Source: an uncultured Bacteroidota bacterium
Lineage (GTDB): Bacteria; Bacteroidota; Rhodothermia; Balneolales; HLUCCA01
DNA: 64,000 nucleotides
NCBI GenBank assembly: GCA_947085565.1
Contig: CAMTWZ010000007.1
Location: 18,260-82,259, forward strand
Direction: 5' to 3'
Made by a program: the position numbers and the translations under genes. The notes under the pieces are model-generated. The model did not search any database, was not told where the DNA came from, and was given only the letters and a program-made list of their open reading frames with translations. This document shows, one piece after another, positions 15,173 through 22,539 of this stretch. Within the stretch, counting starts at the first letter, position 1. Each line of letters starts with the position of its first letter.

Positions 15173-16408
15173 ATGAAATATCGTCGCTTTCTCATTCTCC
15201 TTCTGCTCACGCTCTTTTTCGGAGCGTTGGGATGGTGGCTCACCTTGTCCGAATCCTCGCCGTTCAACCGGCTTTTGTCCGATTCGCACACGGCACAGGT
15301 CCAGTATCTGGTAGGTGTCGTGGAACGTCAAACGGCCGGATCCGAAGAATGGATCCGAGTGAGCGTTGGCGACACCCTCAATCCGAAAGACCACATCCGC
15401 ACATCTTCAAACTCCAACGTGTTGCTCACGTTTTCGGGCGAAGCCAGTCTTTTCCTAGGATCCGACAGTGAAGTCGAGTTCGCCAGCGGGCTCTACCTGT
15501 GGAACGGAGAACTCAGTTACAAACGGATGAAAGGCTCCAAAACCGTTCCATCCGACATCAATACCGCAGACGGAACCCTTTCCATGGGTTCGAGACTTCC
15601 CGGCGACATCGAGGAGGTCTGGGTAACCCGCTCCGTCAGAGGCACTCATGTGGCCATCGATCATGGTTCCGGTGCTTGGAGCACCGCCAACGGCGAAAGC
15701 AAGGCGCTCATGCAGGGCGATTATCTGCAATTCGAATCGGTTTCGGTGATGCGCCAAGATCCGATCATCCGCTCTCCCGAAGCCGGGGAGGTGTTCACCC
15801 ACGGTTATCTTTCGCGCGGATTCAACGTGGTTTGGACCCCCGATTCCTCCGCCACCTCCTATCGCATCGAAATCACCAAAATCGATGAAGGTGCCTCATA
15901 CATGACTTGGAACGACACCGAAACCAATGCGTTTCGTGTTCGAAATCTGGATGCGGGAATCTATTCGGTGCGTGTATGGTCGTTCGGTGCCGACGGCCGC
16001 CGCAGCCAATGGTCGCAAACCCAAGGCTTCTCCATCAGCGGTCGGTATTTCGGCTCACTTAACGCTCCGCTGGCGTGGGAAGAGCCCATCCGGTTCGATG
16101 TGGCTCCATATCGTGAAAACCTCCTCCTCGGCGGATGGTTGCGCAAAGACCTGATCGATACCCACGAAATCGTCTTCTACGCCTTGACCGACGCGTGGTG
16201 GATCCAACCCTCCGTAGAAGAGTACAGGATTTCCGCCAATGAGGACGGATATTTCGAATCGTTTTGCAATTCGGCGAGATCCGTCTATGTTATGGTCGTC
16301 GCCAAAGGTGAAGGGGATTTTCCTGAAACCGTGCCCAGAAGCCGTTACCTTCCTTTTCCCGACGGCAAATACATTCTCTACCATATCGAAAAAACCCTTC
16401 GTCCATGA
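15173..16408 (+). CDS. TM-anchored FecR-like + FN3-like domain protein
   Basis: 411 aa with an N-terminal TM helix (FLILLLLTLFFGALGWWL). The segment VGVVERQTAGSEEWIRVSVGDTLNPKDHIRTSSNSNVLLTFSGEASLFLGSDSEVEF fits the FecR-domain pattern. The middle segment (VVWTPDSSATSYRIEITK…GIYSVRVWSF) looks FN3-like. The C-terminal third is unassigned. Confidence 0.6.
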   Translation: MKYRRFLILLLLTLFFGALGWWLTLSESSPFNRLLSDSHTAQVQYLVGVVERQTAGSEEWIRVSVGDTLNPKDHIRTSSNSNVLLTFSGEASLFLGSDSEVEFASGLYLWNGELSYKRMKGSKTVPSDINTADGTLSMGSRLPGDIEEVWVTRSVRGTHVAIDHGSGAWSTANGESKALMQGDYLQFESVSVMRQDPIIRSPEAGEVFTHGYLSRGFNVVWTPDSSATSYRIEITKIDEGASYMTWNDTETNAFRVRNLDAGIYSVRVWSFGADGRRSQWSQTQGFSISGRYFGSLNAPLAWEEPIRFDVAPYRENLLLGGWLRKDLIDTHEIVFYALTDAWWIQPSVEEYRISANEDGYFESFCNSARSVYVMVVAKGEGDFPETVPRSRYLPFPDGKYILYHIEKTLRP

Positions 16409-17748
16409 AGCTTCCCGGTCTGCTGCTGTTGATGTTCGTGATCTTGCCTCTCACCGCTTCAGCTCAGACCGACTCCGTGAGAGTGTATGTGGAACGGCAG
16501 GATTTCCAGTCTGCCATCCGCCTGTTGGACTCCGTTCTGACGCAAGACCCCGAAAATCCTGAATTGCGCTACCGATTGGCGCAAGTGACGGCATGGTCCG
16601 GCGCCTATCCCTCGGCGATCGCCATCCTTCGGAAACTGGTCGCTGACATCCCCTCCTATTCGGAGGCGGTCGTTCTTCTGGCAAGGGTCCATTCCTGGAA
16701 CGCCGATTACAATCAAGCCGAAACGCTCTATCGGAGCATCGTGAAAGAAGATCCCGCCTATGGCGATGCGCAAGCCGGATTGGCGCAATTGGCCTTCTAT
16801 AAAGGTGCGCTTAACGAAGCATACGTTCTTTCAAACTCTGTACTGGTCGATTTTCCCGAAAATGAAGTTGCCCTTCAAGTGAGAAACAGTATCCAAAAAG
16901 GGATGCGACCCGAATCGGAAACCCAATGGATGATGCCTTGGGATTCGGAAGGCAATCGCGGATGGGTCGTCTCCGAATCCGTGGGATTCGCACTCAGACC
17001 CGGACTTGGCGCCTTTGTGAAACTCCGTGCGGTGGACAATGGTGCCTCCGTATTCAGCTGGACGGGCGGCGCACGCTGGAGCCGATACTCCGCCTCGCTC
17101 GGAGCCAACGCCTACCGTCAGACGCGACGCATCGATCTGGAATTCTCCGGCTCCGCAAGGTTCGCAAATTCAGTGATATTCGCCAACCGCTACGGGCTCT
17201 TCGACAGCCAAGCCCTGATCGACAGAAACGTCAGCATCACTGAAATCGGGGGTATCCACCTGTACCGACGCGCCACACAAACCCTTACGTCCACATCCAC
17301 CTTCGCCGCGTACAGCACCGGCAACCAGCGCATCGCCGTAAGCCTCGACTACGACAAGTCGTTCGTGCTGGGCGAGGTCACCTTCCGTCCGGGTGCTGTG
17401 ACCTCGGTGTCCTCATTTCTGAAAAACGATCCCACAGGCGGATTTTTCGCACCCAAATGGTGGAACGTGTCTGCATTGAAAGCCGCCACGAACTATCGCC
17501 CGGCCACATCGCGCTTCCACGCATCACTCACCGCACAACTCGGTGCCCAAACCATCGCCCCGTACGGCGCCGAGCGCATCGGACCCGACCTGAGTTACTC
17601 TTTCGACCTCAGCGCCGGTTATACGCCTAGCCAAGACCTCCAAATCGTAGCAGGCTATCTGTACAGCACTCTGTTGAACACCACATCGCAGGCGAACGAT
17701 TCGTATTGGGCCCAGCGGTTGGGCATCAGGGTATTCATCCGATTCTAA
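16405..17748 (+). CDS. TPR-repeat + outer-membrane beta-barrel protein (YaiO/PgaA-like architecture)
   Basis: 447 aa with a signal peptide (LLLLMFVILPLTASAQ). It has about 150 aa of TPR-like helices, then about 270 aa of alternating-hydrophobic strands ending in …VFIRF (a C-terminal Phe, typical of OMPs). ATGA overlap with the upstream gene. Confidence 0.6.
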   Translation: MKLPGLLLLMFVILPLTASAQTDSVRVYVERQDFQSAIRLLDSVLTQDPENPELRYRLAQVTAWSGAYPSAIAILRKLVADIPSYSEAVVLLARVHSWNADYNQAETLYRSIVKEDPAYGDAQAGLAQLAFYKGALNEAYVLSNSVLVDFPENEVALQVRNSIQKGMRPESETQWMMPWDSEGNRGWVVSESVGFALRPGLGAFVKLRAVDNGASVFSWTGGARWSRYSASLGANAYRQTRRIDLEFSGSARFANSVIFANRYGLFDSQALIDRNVSITEIGGIHLYRRATQTLTSTSTFAAYSTGNQRIAVSLDYDKSFVLGEVTFRPGAVTSVSSFLKNDPTGGFFAPKWWNVSALKAATNYRPATSRFHASLTAQLGAQTIAPYGAERIGPDLSYSFDLSAGYTPSQDLQIVAGYLYSTLLNTTSQANDSYWAQRLGIRVFIRF

Positions 17749-19925
17749 TCGGCCGAAACCCAGCCGGTGTACGCATCCGGAAAATCATCGTCACCGAATC
17801 CGTACCATCCACGGATTCGCCAGGTATGGTAGGGTTTGGCATATTTCCCCAATCCCACCAGAAAGACGTTCTTTCCCGAAGCGGTGACATGCGGAACCAC
17901 GTTCGCGATGGATTTTAAGGTATCCAGATCATTCATAAACCGTCGAGCTTCCGCCTCCGTCCTGAATGTGCCGATCACCAGATGGTGGTACCCTTGGGTA
18001 AGGATCGAATCGGGTTGTACATGGCTGGTAGGCTTCATCACAAGATCCGCCGCCGGTGGTTTCGTTCCACCGGGCGCGTCGTACCTATCCGCGTAAGCGT
18101 CAGGGTAATCGCCAGGGCGCAACGCGTAGGCTCTCCTCATTGTGGCGGTGGTCAGCGGTGTGTCCGATCGTCCCACTCTCACGCGGAAGACGAGATAGCC
18201 GGAAGGAAGCGCATCCTTGACCACTTCGGCGCTGTCTCTAAGTGCTGCAGGCAATGATTCAAGGAAGCGGTTGGCATTGGATTCGGAAAGGAACGTGCCC
18301 AGCACCAGGTGATAATGGCCTTTGGAAAGCAACGATTCGAATGTGGGATCGGGTGATGCCGGGTCAGGCGATGGATCGAGCGTGGCATAGCGGATGGGGG
18401 CTTCAGGCCAGATCACAGCCCGGTACTTGTACATCACTCCGGATCCGATGAACAGAAACAGAAACAGGAAGCCGAACGGGAATTTCCGTGGTTCTTTCGG
18501 GGCGACCGGCTTCGCGGCGGCCTGTTTTGTAGCGGTTCCCAATCCTTTCCGGGTCATCTCACCCCAGGATTTGTTTCCCTTCAGGAAATCCACCAACCCC
18601 ATCAACCGCCACCACGAGTGCATCTGCCGGTAACCGAAATTCTCCAGCAAGGCATAGAAGAACATGATGAAGATGTGCCTTACCTGCGGATATCTGCGAT
18701 AGGTGAACTCTTCGCACAGTACGGAGGAAACTGACAAGACCATGCCTAAGAGGATGGATGCGGCCAGAAAAACGAGGGCGAATTCGATGTTGAGCGCTCC
18801 GAAAACCCAGGTGATGAACAGGAAGAAATAACCACCGACTTCGACGATGGGGCCGAGCATCTCAATGAAAAAGAAGAAGGGCATGGCGAAGAAACCGAGT
18901 CGGCCATAGGTCGGGTTGAACATCATTTTGCGATGGCGCCAAAGAGTGTCGGCCAAACCACGCTGCCAACGGTTCCGCTGCCGGGCAAGAACGGCTTTCG
19001 TCTCGGGGACTTCCGTCCAGCACACCGGTTCAGGGATGAATCGAACCCGGTAGGGAATCTTGTTCTCGCGGTAATACCGATGAAGCCGGACCACGAGCTC
19101 CATATCTTCGCCAACGGTGTCGTGCAGATAACCGCCCACTTTCAAGACCGCTTTGCGGTCGAACAGGCCGAAAGCGCCAGAAATGATGAGCAGACTGTCG
19201 AGATAATCCCATCCTACGCGTCCGAATAGAAATGCCCGGAGATACTCCACGACTTGGATCCGCGCGAGGAAGGATTTCGGCACGCGAATCTCTTTGAGTT
19301 CGTTGTTCTCGAAGATGCAATCGTTGGCGATGCGGACGATTCCACCGACCGCGATAGTGCTCTCATCTTCGATGAAGCAACGGATCATGCTTTGAAGCAC
19401 CAGCGGTTCAAGCACCGAATCAGCGTCTATCGAACAGATCAGATCGTTTCGGGAGACGTTGATTCCGACATTGAGCGCATCCGCTTTGCGTCCGTTTTCC
19501 TTGTCGACTACCAATAACTCGGGGTACAGATCCGATTTGTAGATCGCTTTGATCGGTTTGTGCGAAAGGATCAGAGGCACATACCGATCCACTTTCTTGA
19601 GCTTGAAATTCTCGATGAGGACATCCATCGTCCGGTCTTTGCTTCCATCGTTGATCACGATCACTTCATAGTTCGGAAACTGAAGCTGGAGAAGTGAACG
19701 TACCGAAGCCACCACCGTGCTTTCCTCGTTGTAGGCGGGCGCCAGGATGCTGATGGGATAGTAGAGATTGGAGCTGAACAGCCCGGAAAGGGAAAAGACA
19801 TCTTTCTGCTTGATCTGTTTTCGAATATGGAAAAAAGAAATCGTGATCAGCACCATGTACACCAGATTGATGGTGAGGAAATAGCTGATCACCGCATACT
19901 CGATGAACGTGAGGAAGATGTTCAT
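17745..19925 (-). CDS. Processive family-2 glycosyltransferase (PgaC/IcaA/cellulose-synthase-like) fused to two C-terminal SPOR-like domains
   Basis: 726 aa. GT2 motifs: INDGSKD, SIDADS (DxD), GEDMEL and RQRNRWQRG (QxxRW). TM helices lie at the N-terminus and at aa ~340-440, with an extra TM at aa ~482-498. After that come two ~70-aa repeats (HYHLVLGTFLSESNANRFL…FRVRVG and YHHLVIGTFRTEAEARRFM…FLVGLG) with the SPOR beta-alpha-beta-beta pattern. Confidence 0.85.
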   Translation of the reverse strand: MNIFLTFIEYAVISYFLTINLVYMVLITISFFHIRKQIKQKDVFSLSGLFSSNLYYPISILAPAYNEESTVVASVRSLLQLQFPNYEVIVINDGSKDRTMDVLIENFKLKKVDRYVPLILSHKPIKAIYKSDLYPELLVVDKENGRKADALNVGINVSRNDLICSIDADSVLEPLVLQSMIRCFIEDESTIAVGGIVRIANDCIFENNELKEIRVPKSFLARIQVVEYLRAFLFGRVGWDYLDSLLIISGAFGLFDRKAVLKVGGYLHDTVGEDMELVVRLHRYYRENKIPYRVRFIPEPVCWTEVPETKAVLARQRNRWQRGLADTLWRHRKMMFNPTYGRLGFFAMPFFFFIEMLGPIVEVGGYFFLFITWVFGALNIEFALVFLAASILLGMVLSVSSVLCEEFTYRRYPQVRHIFIMFFYALLENFGYRQMHSWWRLMGLVDFLKGNKSWGEMTRKGLGTATKQAAAKPVAPKEPRKFPFGFLFLFLFIGSGVMYKYRAVIWPEAPIRYATLDPSPDPASPDPTFESLLSKGHYHLVLGTFLSESNANRFLESLPAALRDSAEVVKDALPSGYLVFRVRVGRSDTPLTTATMRRAYALRPGDYPDAYADRYDAPGGTKPPAADLVMKPTSHVQPDSILTQGYHHLVIGTFRTEAEARRFMNDLDTLKSIANVVPHVTASGKNVFLVGLGKYAKPYHTWRIRGWYGFGDDDFPDAYTGWVSAD

Positions 19926-21034
19926 ACCACCTCCATCTCGTCACGGATCCGTCCGATGAGTTCCTGCAGCTCTTCGGTCTGCATCGCCAATTCGTCAAGG
20001 TTCGTCTGCCCTTCCGGGCCCATTGCCACCATGGCGAAAATCGCACGGATGCGCACATCCAACACTGGATCTTGGGCCAACTGCTTCAGATAGGGTAGGA
20101 AGCGGACATCATTGAACGCTTCGAAAGCCTGAGCGGTGCTTTTGCGGATTCGAGGATTGGCGTGACCTACGGTGGTATCGATCATCCAATCGCCGGCCGG
20201 ACCGAACTGAAACTGACCCATGGAATAAATCAGGGCATCGATCACCTCGTCATCCTCGGATCGGAATCCGGATTCGAGCAGGTCATAAAGCACCATGAGC
20301 AATTGCCCGTACCCGATGTCGGTGATGGCTCTGATCACCACGCCAATGTTATGAGCGGGGATCGAGGTATCCACCAAAAGCTTGGAGATGCACTCGGATT
20401 CCTCCTCGAACTGATCCAAAGCGAGGGTATGGAACCGATACATGATTTCGATCAGGGCAAGCCTTGATATCCGTGGATTGTGGACCACCTGGGTGAGCGC
20501 TTCGAACCGGATGCGGACCTCTTTGGAGGAAAGGAGTCCTGATGCCGCCGCATGAGCCAGCAACGGCGACGGCGATTTGACATACTGCCGGAGAAGCCGT
20601 AGCTCCTCATCATTGATGTCGATCACTTTCGAATAATACAGGCAAGCATCAATTCTCTGCTGATTCGCCGAAGATTTCAGCTTGGCGAAATAATGAGCCC
20701 GAATTCCCGGAAGGAAGAGCAAGGATTGGATCTTGGGCACTTCCTGACCGTCGAGTTGTGTCATCATGTCGGCAAGGATTTCCACAAACAGATCCATGTC
20801 GAATTCCGCTTTCACGGATTTTTCCATCCGTTCAATGGACTCATTCTCTCCGGTGATGTACTCGATGATGTATGTGTAGAACTGGTTTCGGCGTTTCGTC
20901 CTTTGTTTCTCCACATATCTGGAGGCATATCGGACGATCACCGAAGTGAAGAGCAGATACACCGACAGGATGGCAAGAAGCGAAGCAACGATATAGACGA
21001 ACCGGATGGCGTCGAAATCGTCACCGGAAACCAT
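19922..21034 (-). CDS. Single-TM HEAT/armadillo-like repeat protein
   Basis: 370 aa with an N-terminal TM helix (FVYIVASLLAILSVYLLFTSVIV). The rest is all-helical with repeated ~30-40-aa units (…NPRIRKSTAQAFEAFND…, …DPVLDVRIRAIFAMVAMG…) typical of HEAT repeats. 4-nt overlap with the GT2 start and 1-nt overlap with the receiver stop. Confidence 0.65.
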   Translation of the reverse strand: MVSGDDFDAIRFVYIVASLLAILSVYLLFTSVIVRYASRYVEKQRTKRRNQFYTYIIEYITGENESIERMEKSVKAEFDMDLFVEILADMMTQLDGQEVPKIQSLLFLPGIRAHYFAKLKSSANQQRIDACLYYSKVIDINDEELRLLRQYVKSPSPLLAHAAASGLLSSKEVRIRFEALTQVVHNPRISRLALIEIMYRFHTLALDQFEEESECISKLLVDTSIPAHNIGVVIRAITDIGYGQLLMVLYDLLESGFRSEDDEVIDALIYSMGQFQFGPAGDWMIDTTVGHANPRIRKSTAQAFEAFNDVRFLPYLKQLAQDPVLDVRIRAIFAMVAMGPEGQTNLDELAMQTEELQELIGRIRDEMEVV

Positions 21035-21411
21035 TATTTCTCCAAAGCCCTGGTGATGCGCATCATCAGCTCTCCGAGCTTGAAAGGTTTAGAGATATAT
21101 TCGAGAACTCCCATGGAGAATCCTCTTTGCAGGTCCTCTTCCCGGTTTTTCGAAGTGAGCATGATCACTTTGAGGTGGCGTGTTTTCTCATCGTCGCGAA
21201 TGGCCTGCAACACCTCGAAACCGCCGATGCCGGGAAGCATCACGTCGAGCAAAATCAGATCCGGCATGAGTTCGAACGCCTTGGCCAAACCTTCCACTCC
21301 GTTGGCCGCAATCACCACATCCATATTCTCATGATTGAGTTTGAACTCAACAAGTCTGGAAATTCCGGGGTTGTCTTCGATTAAAAGGACTTTAGGTCGT
21401 GTTGATGTCAT
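21034..21411 (-). CDS. Stand-alone response-regulator receiver (CheY-like)
   Basis: 125 aa. Motifs KVLLIEDN, LILLDVMLPG (phospho-Asp) and SKPF. There is no output domain. Confidence 0.9.
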   Translation of the reverse strand: MTSTRPKVLLIEDNPGISRLVEFKLNHENMDVVIAANGVEGLAKAFELMPDLILLDVMLPGIGGFEVLQAIRDDEKTRHLKVIMLTSKNREEDLQRGFSMGVLEYISKPFKLGELMMRITRALEK

Positions 21412-22539
21412 TCAGGACGTATGCTTCAAAGGAAGGCGTATCGTGAACGTGGTTCCGATACGTTCCATGCTTTCCACAGTGATGGTGCCATTATGTAGCT
21501 CAAGATATCGCTTGACCAGTGGCATACCAAGCCCTGTACCCTTTTCACCCTTTGTTCCTCGTCGTTGCGCACCGAATTTCTCAAACAATTTGGGAAGAAG
21601 GTCTTTAGGTATTCCCATCCCTGAATCGATGATCTGGATCTGAAGTTGACTTGAATCGACCGGAGATGAGCCGATCTCCACTTTCACCACTCCACCATCC
21701 GATGTGAATTTGATGGCGTTCGAAATCAGATTTCCAATGATTTGCGAGAATTTGGTGATGTCCACTTCCGCCTGGATTCCTTCTATTCTCTCGATCATGA
21801 CCAATTTAACACCTTTCGATTTGGCCGTTGCGGTATGCAATTGCATCACATCATGGCAATACGCTCCGATATCGGTCTGTGTGAAGGTCAATTGAAGCGA
21901 ATTGGCCTCGATCAAAGCGATGTCCAACAGATCGTTGACCAGTAGCAGGAGACGCTCCGCACTGGATTCGATCAGCGCGAGCATATCGGCGAGTTCCTTC
22001 TCATCGGCCGGGCCGTCGGTACGCAAAAAGTTCGAAATTCCGATGATGCCGCCGATCGGGTTTCTCATATCGTGGGAGATGATTCCCAAAACCTCGTCTT
22101 TCTCCTTGTTGAGCTTTTCGAGGCGGATCACGTTCTGTTGACGCTCCAATTCTAGATAACGCATCCGAAGATGCAGCTCGATCCGCGCCAAGACCTCCAG
22201 TTGCTGAAAAGGTTTGGTGATGTAATCCACTCCGCCCGACTCCAACGCCTTCACCTTGGCGTCCACATCGCTAAGAGCGCTCAGGAAAATGATAGGGATA
22301 TCGTCATAAGCGGATTCCTTCCGGATCTCACGGCAGGTTTCGAAACCATCCATTCCGGGCATCATCACATCCAAAAGGATCAGATCCGGTGTTTTGCGAG
22401 AAAGAAGTGCGATGGCATCTTCGCCATTGAATGCCGCCAACACCTTGTATTGCTTGCCACGCAACATCTGCGTGAGAACCTGGACATTCTGCTGGGTGTC
22501 GTCTACGACGAGAATGGTAGGTACGCTTGGTTCAGACAT
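21412..22539 (-). CDS. Receiver-histidine kinase (REC-HisKA-HATPase_c)
   Basis: 375 aa. The N-terminal receiver has ILVVDD…LILLDVMMPGMDG. The H-box is ISHDMRNP. The C-terminal ATPase has the G-box GTGLGMPLV. Confidence 0.9.
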   Translation of the reverse strand: MSEPSVPTILVVDDTQQNVQVLTQMLRGKQYKVLAAFNGEDAIALLSRKTPDLILLDVMMPGMDGFETCREIRKESAYDDIPIIFLSALSDVDAKVKALESGGVDYITKPFQQLEVLARIELHLRMRYLELERQQNVIRLEKLNKEKDEVLGIISHDMRNPIGGIIGISNFLRTDGPADEKELADMLALIESSAERLLLLVNDLLDIALIEANSLQLTFTQTDIGAYCHDVMQLHTATAKSKGVKLVMIERIEGIQAEVDITKFSQIIGNLISNAIKFTSDGGVVKVEIGSSPVDSSQLQIQIIDSGMGIPKDLLPKLFEKFGAQRRGTKGEKGTGLGMPLVKRYLELHNGTITVESMERIGTTFTIRLPLKHTS

